64,000 nucleotides of DNA from Candidatus Micrarchaeaceae archaeon (lineage in GTDB: Archaea > Micrarchaeota > Micrarchaeia > Micrarchaeales > Micrarchaeaceae): positions 23,103 through 87,102 of the forward strand of contig DAIDAE010000001.1 in NCBI GenBank assembly GCA_027310755.1, in the 5' to 3' direction. Position numbers and translations under genes: made by a program. Positions 8,689 to 17,884 of this stretch are shown in pieces. The first letter of the stretch is position 1. Each line of letters starts with the position of its first letter. The notes under the pieces were generated by a model. The model was not told the DNA's origin and made no database searches. It saw only the letters and a program-made list of their open reading frames with translations.

Positions 8689-10350
8689 GTGCTTAAACTG
8701 GGCAAAACAATAGTTACCTCTGCACTGCCGTACATATATTCCACACCCCATCTAGGCAATTTTGTGGGATCTGTACTGCCCGCGGATGTTTATGCAAATT
8801 ATCTAAGATTGAAGGGAGAAGACGTAATTTTCATTTGTGGGTCTGATGTCCATGGCGCTGCGATAGAGATACAGGCAATTAAGGATAGGACAACGCCCAA
8901 GGATCTCGCGAAAAAGATGCACGAAGACATCAAGGCACTCTTCGAAAGCTACGGCTGCAACTTTACATATTATGGGAGCACCGATTCTGAACAGAACAAG
9001 ATAGAGACGTACAGTATATTTGAGGCGTTGAACAGGAACGGCTACATCGGCAGGGTGGAAAAACAATTGCCGTATTGCAACCATGACAAGATGTTTCTTG
9101 CAGACAGGTTTATTGAAGGGAAGTGCCCGGTTTGTGGTTATGAATCCGCAAGAGGAGACCAGTGCGACAAATGCTCGAGCCTTCTTGAACCAAGCCAGCT
9201 TATAGGTCCACACTGCACCATATGCGGGAAGAAGGAGATAACTTTCAAGAAAACCGATAACGTTACGATAAAGCTTGACAAACTCCAGGAAAAATTGCAA
9301 AAATTTGTTACTGCCGGCTCAAAAAACTGGAGTAAAAACGCAGTCAATGAAGCAGAGAAGTATCTCAAAGAAGGCCTAAGAGAGCGCGACATCAGCAGGC
9401 ACACGAAATGGGGCTTTCCAATACCGCTTAAGGGCTTTGAGGACCAGGTTTTTTATGTCTGGTTTGATGCGCCTATCGGTTATATAGGGATAACACGGGA
9501 GTGGGACGCCAGGAAGGCCCAAGAGTACTGGTATGGAAAAGATACACGGCTAATCCAATTTATGGGCAAAGATAACATAATCTTTCATACGATACTCTTT
9601 CCAGGAGCATTGCTGGGCGCCAATCTTGGCCATGTTTTGGCTAACACGGTGAAAGCATACGAATTCCTCAATTGGGAGGGCAAAAAATTCTCCAAAAGCA
9701 GGGGGATAGGGATGGATCTCAAAGATGCGCTAGGCGTCGTTAGCAATCCGGACTATTGGAGGTTCAGCCTGATTTTCAATGCGCCGGAATCGGCAGATTC
9801 CGATTTCACTACGGAAGGTTTTGTCGAGGCCGTAAACAAAATAATGAATGGCAAGATAGGAAATCTGTTCCAGAGGGTATTCACGCTGATAAAAGCAAAC
9901 GAAGACATTTTTGATCCCTCTATGCAGCCCGATCAAGGGACTATGGATAAACTTTCCGCGCTTTACAACGAATATCTGGCGCATTTCGATAACATAGAGC
10001 TCAGGGAAGCTCTCAAGGCACTAGTTGCGATTGCGGATCTCGGGAACGCCATAATGAGCGAGAAGGAACCGTGGAAGATGGCAAAGTCTGCAAAGGCCGA
10101 CAAGGCAGCAGCCAAAGAGTTCTCCTCAATAATGGTTGCACTCGAAAAAATATCCTACCATACCGCAATACTCCTGTATCCATTTACCCCAAGTTCGAGC
10201 ATTAGGGCGCTCGAATATTTTGGACTTGACCGTGCACCATCACTTAAAGATGCTTCAAAAGTGCCAAAGCTGAACCTAAAAAAAGAAATCAAGCCGCTAT
10301 TCGAAAAACTTGAAACATCGCAGATCAAAAAGATCGGAAGTTATTCTTGA
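8689..10350 (+). CDS. metG: Methionyl-tRNA synthetase core (no C-terminal tRNA-binding domain)
   Basis: GTG start. HIGH-type motif TPHLGNFVG, KMSKS-type KFSKSRG, Zn knuckles CPVCG...CDKC...CTICG. The protein ends right after the anticodon-binding helical domain (553 aa). Confidence 0.92.
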   Translation: MLKLGKTIVTSALPYIYSTPHLGNFVGSVLPADVYANYLRLKGEDVIFICGSDVHGAAIEIQAIKDRTTPKDLAKKMHEDIKALFESYGCNFTYYGSTDSEQNKIETYSIFEALNRNGYIGRVEKQLPYCNHDKMFLADRFIEGKCPVCGYESARGDQCDKCSSLLEPSQLIGPHCTICGKKEITFKKTDNVTIKLDKLQEKLQKFVTAGSKNWSKNAVNEAEKYLKEGLRERDISRHTKWGFPIPLKGFEDQVFYVWFDAPIGYIGITREWDARKAQEYWYGKDTRLIQFMGKDNIIFHTILFPGALLGANLGHVLANTVKAYEFLNWEGKKFSKSRGIGMDLKDALGVVSNPDYWRFSLIFNAPESADSDFTTEGFVEAVNKIMNGKIGNLFQRVFTLIKANEDIFDPSMQPDQGTMDKLSALYNEYLAHFDNIELREALKALVAIADLGNAIMSEKEPWKMAKSAKADKAAAKEFSSIMVALEKISYHTAILLYPFTPSSSIRALEYFGLDRAPSLKDASKVPKLNLKKEIKPLFEKLETSQIKKIGSYS

Positions 10351-10367
10351 TTCAGAGGTCTTCCATC

Positions 10368-11678
10368 TCAGGTATGCGGTCTGAACTCCCTTCTCGGGCC
10401 AAATTCCCTTCTCTTGTGCTTCCAGCGGTTATCGCCGCCTCCACCCCTCCCGTTCCCATCGCGGCTCCTAGAATCCCTATGCGGCCTCCTGTTCATGTCC
10501 TCCCTGCCCTCAAAACGCCTTTCGTGTAGGTGATTGAGCACGTCTAGGTTCATGAAGTCGTCCACTTTAAGCTCTATTTGCTGCATGCGGACATTGGCAT
10601 CATATTCTATCGCCCTTATGAGGCCCTTTTCATCATAGCCGACAATGGTGAACGCCCTTCCGTCCCTCCCCATCCTCGCGCTTCTGCCGACTCTGTGCAC
10701 GTAAACGTGCGGGTCTTCCGGCGCGTCAAAATTGATTATATCGGTCACGTTGTCTATGTCCAGCCCCCTGGAAGCAACGTTAGTTGCTATCATGAACTGC
10801 GCCCCAAGCCTGAAGCTGTCCAGTGATTTCTCGCGCTTTGCCTGCGTAAGCCCGCCGTGCATCAGCATTGCGTTGTAGCCCTGCTTCCGCAGTATCATGT
10901 GTATCACATTAGCTTCGTGCTTTGTCCTTGAGAATATTATGGTCTTCTGCGGGTTGTACTGCTTTATGTACGCCAGGAGCGCGGCATACTTCATCTTGCC
11001 TTTTGCAAAGAAATAATTGTGTGTTATCGTGTTGACCGTGAGCTCCTCTTCCCTTCCCACTATTATGGTCTTGAAGTCGTCCTTCATATGGTGCCTGGCG
11101 ACATCCACAACCCCTTTCGGCATAGTTGCGGAGAAAAGCATAGTCTGCCTTTCGAACGGGCTCCTTGAAATTATGTATTCCACGTCCTCTATGAACCCCA
11201 TGTCCAGCATTGTGTCCGCCTCGTCCAGGACCAGAAACCTAATGTGCCCCAGGTCCAGCGCTCCACGCTCCATGAGGTCTATTATCCTGCCCGGCGTCCC
11301 GACCACAATGTTCGCCCCTCTCCTGAGCAGCGAAAGCTGCACATTGATCGAAGCTCCGCCATATACCGTTACAATGGAGTATCCGAGCGGCCTTGACACC
11401 TTTTCAATCATTTCCGTTATCTGGAGCGCAAGCTCCCTGGTGGGTGCTATTATCAGGGCGTTCGTCACCCTCTCTCTCTGCATGGTTTGCAATATCGGCA
11501 CCATGAATGCCCCGGTTTTTCCAGTCCCGGTCTTCGCCCTGACTATCATGTCCTTGCCGCTAAGGGCCACGGGTATCGACGCCTCCTGCACCTCTGTCAT
11601 CGTCGTAAACCCTATATTCGCAAGAGCGCTGACTAGCTCCGGTTTCAATTGTAGTTCTTTGAATTCCTTCAAATTCAC
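10368..11678 (-). CDS. DEAD-box ATP-dependent RNA helicase with an Arg/Gly-rich C-terminal tail
   Basis: Q-motif region, AKTGTGKT, VLDEAD, SAT, HRVGRSARMG. The tail is RSRDGNGRGGGGDNRWKHKRREFGPRREF. Confidence 0.92.
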   Translation of the reverse strand: MNLKEFKELQLKPELVSALANIGFTTMTEVQEASIPVALSGKDMIVRAKTGTGKTGAFMVPILQTMQRERVTNALIIAPTRELALQITEMIEKVSRPLGYSIVTVYGGASINVQLSLLRRGANIVVGTPGRIIDLMERGALDLGHIRFLVLDEADTMLDMGFIEDVEYIISRSPFERQTMLFSATMPKGVVDVARHHMKDDFKTIIVGREEELTVNTITHNYFFAKGKMKYAALLAYIKQYNPQKTIIFSRTKHEANVIHMILRKQGYNAMLMHGGLTQAKREKSLDSFRLGAQFMIATNVASRGLDIDNVTDIINFDAPEDPHVYVHRVGRSARMGRDGRAFTIVGYDEKGLIRAIEYDANVRMQQIELKVDDFMNLDVLNHLHERRFEGREDMNRRPHRDSRSRDGNGRGGGGDNRWKHKRREFGPRREFRPHT

Positions 11679-11788
11679 ACCTATCGTTAATCAAAGAAAA
11701 AGAATTAGCTTCCTTTCTTCAGTTGTTTTCAATAACGTTTTGTTGCAGGAATATATAGATGTTTCCTATTACCATTTTCGCGGCCAAA

Positions 11789-12256
11789 TCAGCCTATTTT
11801 ACAGCCGGGTTTGACTGCTTTGTCCGGCTGCAGCAGCGAAATATTGCTGCCATCCTCTGCCGCAAGCAGCATGCCCTCAGACATTATTCCGGCCAGGCTC
11901 CTGGGCTTCAGGTTTGCGACTATTATTATCTGCCTCCCGATAAGCTCGTTCTCATCGTAGAGATCCTTTATCCCGGCAACAATGGTCCTCGGGCCGAGTT
12001 CGCCCACGTCCAACCCCAGTTTCCAGAGAGGTTTCTTCGCCCCCGGCACCTCCGATATCTCAGTTATCCTAGCTACGCGCAGATCCACCTTGGCAAAATC
12101 GTCGAATGGAATGGTGTCATAGGAGGCAACGCTCTGTCTTGGCTCCTCCGCCCGTTTCGGCTCCTCCCCGCCCCTCCGTTCAGCCGAGGGGCGCTCCCCT
12201 CCGAGAATATCCGAGTACTCATTCACCATGTCCAGGTCAAAATCGGATTTTTTCAT
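11789..12256 (-). CDS. Stand-alone tRNA-binding protein (Trbp111/CsaA/MetRS-beta-like OB domain)
   Basis: DFAKVDLRVARI...GAKKPLWKLGLDVGE..RTIVAGI...LIGRQIIIVANLKPRSLAGIMSEGMLLAA is the EMAP/Trbp111 OB-fold signature. I chose ATG 12256 because it avoids an overlap with the proS stop; the track start is 12280. Confidence 0.8.
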   Translation of the reverse strand: MKKSDFDLDMVNEYSDILGGERPSAERRGGEEPKRAEEPRQSVASYDTIPFDDFAKVDLRVARITEISEVPGAKKPLWKLGLDVGELGPRTIVAGIKDLYDENELIGRQIIIVANLKPRSLAGIMSEGMLLAAEDGSNISLLQPDKAVKPGCKIG

Positions 12257-12263
12257 GCAACCA

Positions 12264-13748
12264 CTAATATGATTTGGCAAAATTGGCTATGTGTTTCGCC
12301 TCGTTCCCGCAGTATATGCATTTCCTGCCTTTTATGTCGCCCTGTTTGTCAAATGGCATATTGGATATCTTCGCCCCGCTCTCCTCCTTCACCTTGTCCT
12401 CACATTCCGTGGACCCGCACCAAGGGGCCTGGACTATCCCTCCCCTGCCCTTGATTGTGTCCTTGAGCTCATCAAAGTTCTTTGCGTGATGTATGTTTGC
12501 CTCAAGGAATTTCCTGGCCCGCATATACAGATTGCTGTTGATCTCGTTCAGCAGTTCGCCTATCTTCAATTCAATGTCCGCCATCTTAACCTTGATCTTT
12601 TCCCCTGTGTCCCTGCGCACGACCACTACGTCCATCGCCTTAATCTCTTTCTCGCCCAGCTCTATCCTTATTGGAATGCCTTTGAGTTCCCATTCGTTGA
12701 ACTTCCATCCTGGCGAATAGATGTCCCTGTCATCCACATGGGTCCTGAATTTCACGCCAAGCCTCATGAATAATGCCTTTGCCTGCATTAGGACGGTAGC
12801 CATGTTCTCGTTGTTGTATATCGGGACTATCACGATCTGTATCCTTGCAATTCTTGGAGGAATTATAATCCCCTTGTCGTCCCCGTGGGTTGCCAACAGG
12901 ACCCCCAATTCCCTTGTAGATATGGCAAAGGTGTTCTGGTGGACGTATTTTCGCTGCTCATCCCTGTCTATGAAAGTTATTTCAAACGCCTTTGCAAAAT
13001 TCTGCCCGTCGCTGTGGAAGTCAGGTCCCTGCACGACGAGCCCATCAGGCAAAAGATGCTCTATGCTATAGCTGGCCAAGGCCCCCGCAAACTTTTCCTT
13101 GTTTGTCTTTTTTCCCAATATGCCCGGAAGCGCCAGGTAGTCCCTCGTTATCATTTCATAGATTTTTAATATGACGTCGCGTTCCAAATCAGCTTCTTCC
13201 TGCGAGGCGAATGCGGTGTGCCCCTCGTTCCACAGGAACTCGCGGCTTCTTAGGAGGGGTGTCGGGTGCTTGAACTCCCATCTTATTACGCTGTTCCATT
13301 GGTTGTATCTCATCGGCAGGTCGCGCCACGACCTTATCCACTTTGCATAGCTTTCATACATTATGGTCTCGGATGTTGGCCTAATAGCAAGCCGTTCATC
13401 GAGCTTTGAGTCGCCTGCGTGGGTCACCCAAGCGACCTCCGGACTAAACCCCTTTACATGCTCCTTCTCCTTGTTCAGCAGCCTCTCCGGTATCAGCATC
13501 GGAAAGTAAACATTCTGTATGCCCACCTCCTTAAAGAGCGCGTCGGTAGCCCTCTGCATTGTCTCCCAGGCAAAATAGCCGTCCGGCCTAAACGCGAGGC
13601 CTCCAGAGACCGCCGTGTAGTCCACAAATTCCGTATTTGTAATCGCCTGCGTGTACCATTCGGAGAAATTCTCCGATTTCTTCACAGTAATGCCCTTAGG
13701 CCTGTCTCCCCTGGCGCTCTTTTCACCTCTCTCTTTTTTATCGGCCAT
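12264..13748 (-). CDS. proS: Prolyl-tRNA synthetase, archaeal/eukaryotic type
   Basis: 494-aa class II aaRS core with a C-terminal Zn-binding domain (CGSTECE...CIYCG), ending in the conserved terminal Tyr. Confidence 0.93.
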   Translation of the reverse strand: MADKKERGEKSARGDRPKGITVKKSENFSEWYTQAITNTEFVDYTAVSGGLAFRPDGYFAWETMQRATDALFKEVGIQNVYFPMLIPERLLNKEKEHVKGFSPEVAWVTHAGDSKLDERLAIRPTSETIMYESYAKWIRSWRDLPMRYNQWNSVIRWEFKHPTPLLRSREFLWNEGHTAFASQEEADLERDVILKIYEMITRDYLALPGILGKKTNKEKFAGALASYSIEHLLPDGLVVQGPDFHSDGQNFAKAFEITFIDRDEQRKYVHQNTFAISTRELGVLLATHGDDKGIIIPPRIARIQIVIVPIYNNENMATVLMQAKALFMRLGVKFRTHVDDRDIYSPGWKFNEWELKGIPIRIELGEKEIKAMDVVVVRRDTGEKIKVKMADIELKIGELLNEINSNLYMRARKFLEANIHHAKNFDELKDTIKGRGGIVQAPWCGSTECEDKVKEESGAKISNMPFDKQGDIKGRKCIYCGNEAKHIANFAKSY

Positions 13749-14590
13749 TATCTGCCCCCTAATATCGATCTAGCAATAAGTTTCAGATTGCTTAGTTCTT
13801 TAAGCCTTCTATAGGCGTAACCGAGGATATCCTCCCCGAACGGCACATACACCGCGACCTTCTCTCCCTTTCTGGCGAGCTCCAATGCATAATTGCTCCT
13901 TACGCCTCTCAGCATTGCATAGGTGACATCCCTCCTGTACTTCCTGTTCATCTTCAGCGCTATGTCTATTAGTGAAGAGTCATGGGTTGCTATGGTAAAG
14001 CGCCCGAAGTTCCTGAAAATGTAGTCCATTAGCAGCACATAGTTGCCGGTCGCCTGCCTTCTTGTCCGGAATCCGCCCGCCCTGTCGGCATACGCTCCCT
14101 TCACCAATCTTATTACCGCCTTCCTGTCCAATTTCCTGACATCATCTATGCTTCTTTTGAGGTACGATTGTATGCAGATCCCAACATTCCCGCTCTTGAC
14201 CATTGAAGAGTAGATCTTTATGGTATCATCGACAAATCCGCATTCCTCCATGTCTATCCATACAAAAACTCCCTTACTCTTTGCGTACCTTGCCACATCA
14301 TTATAATTTTTGCTGCAGAATGCAACATCCATGTTCAGCCCAAGGTCGGTAAGCTTCACCGCAATGTCCGCCCCGAGCTTGTTCAGCTTTATCGCATCTA
14401 TGATGTCCATGGATGCCTTGACCGCCGCCCTGGCATGCGCCCTGTAAACCACCTTCTCCCCAAGATGATTTATTATTCCATCCATGCCCTTCGCGTTAAG
14501 CTCTTTTACGGCCGCCACCGCATCCTCCAGTTTCCTGCCTGCGATCCAGCGCCGCACCGCAATTTCCTCCATGCCTCCCAAAACAGTCAT
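13748..14590 (-). CDS. Proline dehydrogenase (Pro_dh family, monofunctional)
   Basis: Beta8-alpha8 Pro_dh motifs: IRLVKGAY, YAMLRGV, YVPFGED, YAYRRLKE. The stop TAA shares one nt with the proS ATG (TAATG). Confidence 0.8.
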   Translation of the reverse strand: MTVLGGMEEIAVRRWIAGRKLEDAVAAVKELNAKGMDGIINHLGEKVVYRAHARAAVKASMDIIDAIKLNKLGADIAVKLTDLGLNMDVAFCSKNYNDVARYAKSKGVFVWIDMEECGFVDDTIKIYSSMVKSGNVGICIQSYLKRSIDDVRKLDRKAVIRLVKGAYADRAGGFRTRRQATGNYVLLMDYIFRNFGRFTIATHDSSLIDIALKMNRKYRRDVTYAMLRGVRSNYALELARKGEKVAVYVPFGEDILGYAYRRLKELSNLKLIARSILGGR

Positions 14591-15237
14591 ACAATAACGC
14601 CGAATTCCCTCAAGTCCCTTTTTAGCTGTGCCGCATTCTTGAAAACAATCCCGTTTATCCCAACATCTCGCGCTCCGACAATGTTGCTAGGCATGTTATC
14701 TATGAAAAGGGCGTTTTTTGGCTTTGTGTGCATCTTCTTTAGAACGTATTTATACGGCCTTTTCCTGGGATCGTCATCCTGTTTCCTCATTTTCATGTAG
14801 CACGAAGCAAACCTTTTTTTGATTCCCAGCTTGTTGAGCACCAGCGCATCCGCCTCCCTCAACCTGCTCCTGCTTATATCACTCAGAATGACTATCTCAT
14901 ATTTTTTTGATTTGACCAGGCTATCTATGATGCTTATGACTCCCTTATTCGGCTTTGCGAGCCTCCTGAACGCGGAGCTCCATTCCAGCTTTACGTTGCG
15001 GACACCTATTCCGTGCGCAAATTTGGATTCCATCTCCCCGATGCTGAGTTTGTCGAGTTCCATCTGCTCTATCAATGGATTGAGCACATGCCACAGGTCC
15101 ATCCAGTTCATCTTCAGTTTATTAGAAAGGTAATGGAGGTACATCTCCTCAGAGTAGTTGATGATGACTCCGCCTACGTCAAAAATAATCAACTTGATTG
15201 CCATGAGGCAGATAACGGAGTTAAGGTATAAATACAA
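14587..15237 (-). CDS. HAD-superfamily hydrolase (subfamily IA-like)
   Basis: N-terminal motif I LIIFDVGGVII and C-terminal motif FIDNMPSNIVGARDVG. There is a 4-nt ATGA overlap with the downstream proline dehydrogenase gene. Confidence 0.75.
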   Translation of the reverse strand: MYLYLNSVICLMAIKLIIFDVGGVIINYSEEMYLHYLSNKLKMNWMDLWHVLNPLIEQMELDKLSIGEMESKFAHGIGVRNVKLEWSSAFRRLAKPNKGVISIIDSLVKSKKYEIVILSDISRSRLREADALVLNKLGIKKRFASCYMKMRKQDDDPRKRPYKYVLKKMHTKPKNALFIDNMPSNIVGARDVGINGIVFKNAAQLKRDLREFGVIV

Positions 15238-15331
15238 TTCTCAAAAGCCGCTGACGCCGCCGCCTTCCACGCTTTTCTTCCGCAAAACGCTAGAGCTTAT
15301 AAATTCTTTTATCTACTTATTAGCGAATTCA

Positions 15332-16129
15332 ATGGAGAAGGGTTCAATGGATAAGAAAACATACGCGATACTCACCGCGTCGCAGAAGGGCGGCGTAGGC
15401 AAAAGCATAGTTGCGCTCAGCCTGGCGGCTGCCCTCAAGGTAGCGGGATATGAAGTGCTGCTCATAGACACGGATGTAGCGAATCCGAGCATAGGTCCCC
15501 TTCTCGGCCTGCGCGAAACCGGCGGCGGCTACGCCGAGATCGTCAAAGGCAAGCTGAAATTCGAGGACGCGCAAGTGGTATCACAGCCAACCGGCTTCTA
15601 TGTGCTCCCGGCCGGCGGAAATGGGGAGCCGGAGAATTTCTCCAATGACGACCTCAATGCGTTCTTTGCAAAGGCCCTAAAGCAGAATTTCGATTTCATA
15701 GTGGTCGATACGCCTCCGGGCTCATACATGGACGGAATACTAAAAAACTTCAACGAAGCCCTGATAATAACCACTCCCGAAGAAACCTCCGTGTTCGGCG
15801 CGCAGAGACTGTCCCAGATATACAACAAATACCGTCTCAACCATAAGCTTGTGATAAACAGGGTCAAGGAGGACAAGTTTGAGCTTGACGAGCAGAAAAT
15901 AGAGCAGATGTACGGAGACATAGCATACGGGATGCTGCCAGAGGACAGGACGGTCCAGGAAAGCGAGATCAAGCACATTCCGGCATATATGCTAAACAGG
16001 AAGTCATTGTTCTCACTCTCAATAGATTATTTGTGCAGGCCATACATGCTCAGGATGCAGGGCAGCGAGGAGCAGGCCATCCAGAGGGGTGGCCTCGGCG
16101 ATGTTAAGAAATTCTTCGGCCTAAAGTAG
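15332..16129 (+). CDS. minD: MinD/ParA-family ATPase (copy 1)
   Basis: Deviant Walker A SQKGGVGKS, Walker B FIVVDTPPG, C-terminal amphipathic GLGDVKKFFGLK. I chose ATG 15332 (MEKGSMDKK); the track ORF starts upstream at 15158, inside the divergent HAD gene. Confidence 0.85.
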   Translation: MEKGSMDKKTYAILTASQKGGVGKSIVALSLAAALKVAGYEVLLIDTDVANPSIGPLLGLRETGGGYAEIVKGKLKFEDAQVVSQPTGFYVLPAGGNGEPENFSNDDLNAFFAKALKQNFDFIVVDTPPGSYMDGILKNFNEALIITTPEETSVFGAQRLSQIYNKYRLNHKLVINRVKEDKFELDEQKIEQMYGDIAYGMLPEDRTVQESEIKHIPAYMLNRKSLFSLSIDYLCRPYMLRMQGSEEQAIQRGGLGDVKKFFGLK

Positions 16130-16171
16130 CATCTACATCAGTCTGGAATAAAAAGACAAAAATAAAATAAA

Positions 16172-16750
16172 TTAAGTCATATGCCCCTTCTTCTTGCGTG
16201 TCATCGAATAGGCTACCACAGCTATTATGATAATGACTATTACCGCAACAACCACATCGGATGTCAGGCCGCCGGATGGCTGGGACACAGAAGTTACATT
16301 GGTCGATGGTGCGCTTGTTGTAACATTTGGATTGACACCAGGGGTAACGGTTGTTTTTGTGCTGTTTATCACTGTTTCATTTGATATGCCGGAAAGGCAG
16401 GATCCGGTGCTCCCGCCGGTAGGCACAAGCGCAAAGTTGTGCGTCAGTCCCCCAGCACTCTCATATGGGGTGAGGAAGCTTCCACTGCTATATCCAGTTG
16501 CCTTCACGGTGACCGTCCAGTTTCCGGTGCCCAACGGTAAACTATAATTTCCTACCTTATTTGTAATGTTGAAGGCAAAATTGTTGTATGGCGAGCTCAC
16601 ATTTGCGCCAACTATCGGTGCGCAGGTTGCCGCATTTATGACATTACCGTTCAGTATCCATCCAAACCCAAACGAGTATGGAGTAAGCAGCGTAACCAGC
16701 GCCACCAACGCAATGCCCGCCTTTGCAATAGGGAAGCTATAGTCGTTCAT
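16172..16750 (-). CDS. Surface protein with a CarboxypepD_reg-like beta-sandwich, Ser/Thr linker and C-terminal TM anchor
   Basis: N-terminal hydrophobic signal, GNVINAATCAPIVGANVS...GNYSLPLGTGNWTVTVKATGYSS (carboxypeptidase-regulatory-like pattern), many N-x-S/T sequons, C-terminal VVVAVIVIIIIAVVAY + RKKK. Confidence 0.7.
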   Translation of the reverse strand: MNDYSFPIAKAGIALVALVTLLTPYSFGFGWILNGNVINAATCAPIVGANVSSPYNNFAFNITNKVGNYSLPLGTGNWTVTVKATGYSSGSFLTPYESAGGLTHNFALVPTGGSTGSCLSGISNETVINSTKTTVTPGVNPNVTTSAPSTNVTSVSQPSGGLTSDVVVAVIVIIIIAVVAYSMTRKKKGHMT

Positions 16751-16817
16751 GCTAGACTAATCAAAAATAAGATATTTAAAAGTTCTTTTTGGGCGCCCTC
16801 CTCATGCTTAGCACATA

Positions 16818-17711
16818 ATGCATAATAACATCGGTCAAAAAGCAAGGTTAGAGCGATGGTGTTCCATGGCGTTCCGCACGGATAGGTACATTCCGAACAA
16901 TGTGCATCTCAATACGGTAGAAATGATTATAGCAGAAGAGATAGTGCGCGTCAGGAACTACATAAGCATGCTTGTCTCGGGTGTCGAACCTCCAAGCTAT
17001 AGCATCCTTATAGATTCGGCATCAGGCACAAACAGCCCGATAAATGCCATCTATACTGGCCGGAATGACGGTTTGATAAGCTTTATCTTGAGTACAGACA
17101 ATCTGGACGATGCAACACCTGATCTCATACGCGCGGTCGTGGCGCACGAAGTATGGCATCATCTCCAATCGGAGCGCGCCTGGTCCACCGGAATTAAAAA
17201 ACTGGATTGGTCTGACACGGTCGAGGACCCAGAACCACTATTTGCTTCACTAAAAGAGGGGTCATCCGTATTTTTTGAAGCGGTGTACCTTTCAAGGGAA
17301 ACCGATATAGCTGAGAAGCCGCGCAGGATATTTGAAAGGATGATAGAAGCATATGACACAATTTTCAATGCAAAAGTCCCGAATTCGCTATTTGAATCCC
17401 TCCTCGCCCAATCGATGATGTTGATAGGCGAAAATGATATTCAGAATCTTGAAGGGAGCGCAAGCGTGATAAATTATGTGCTCGACAAGGCGGACATCCT
17501 CTCGGAGAACAAGTACGGCGCCGGGAGCGTAATGGCATTGATGCTGTTCATAAACAATAATTTTGATGAGCGGAAAACAATGGAGATACTATCGGATCCG
17601 GAGGAAATACGCTTAGAACTGGGCAAGATAAGCAAAAGCACATTCATCACTCTTATTAATATCCTTGCTGAGCTATACGGGCTTGAGAGACGGATTGATG
17701 CAGCCAAGTGA
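16818..17711 (+). CDS. Hypothetical protein with an HExxH zinc-metallopeptidase motif
   Basis: 297-aa ORF containing VVAHEVWHHLQSE. No signal peptide is visible. The start is uncertain (alternative ATG at 16866). Confidence 0.55.
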   Translation: MHNNIGQKARLERWCSMAFRTDRYIPNNVHLNTVEMIIAEEIVRVRNYISMLVSGVEPPSYSILIDSASGTNSPINAIYTGRNDGLISFILSTDNLDDATPDLIRAVVAHEVWHHLQSERAWSTGIKKLDWSDTVEDPEPLFASLKEGSSVFFEAVYLSRETDIAEKPRRIFERMIEAYDTIFNAKVPNSLFESLLAQSMMLIGENDIQNLEGSASVINYVLDKADILSENKYGAGSVMALMLFINNNFDERKTMEILSDPEEIRLELGKISKSTFITLINILAELYGLERRIDAAK

Positions 17712-17884
17712 GGGGTGAAGGACTTGATGGTATTGGCCCCGGGCGGCAACGCGTCGTAGAAGGGCGAAAGACCGCTTTTCAACGCCAGGATGCACAACAT
17801 AGCTAACGCCTATCCAGCAAAATCCGGCTTTGAAAATGGGCTCCAAAAGCCATTTATATCACGGAAATAGATGGGTAGCGTGAT

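Noticed and set aside
11017-11814. 265-aa ORF antisense to the DEAD-box helicase
   Set aside because: The helicase frame contains every SF2 motif. The antisense product is Ser/Ile-rich with no features.
17712-17884. 173-nt intergenic region upstream of deoC, considered as a possible ncRNA
   Set aside because: I could not find a convincing stem-loop architecture, tRNA-like arms or C/D or H/ACA boxes by eye. It is most likely a promoter or 5' region. A covariance-model scan would be needed to say more.
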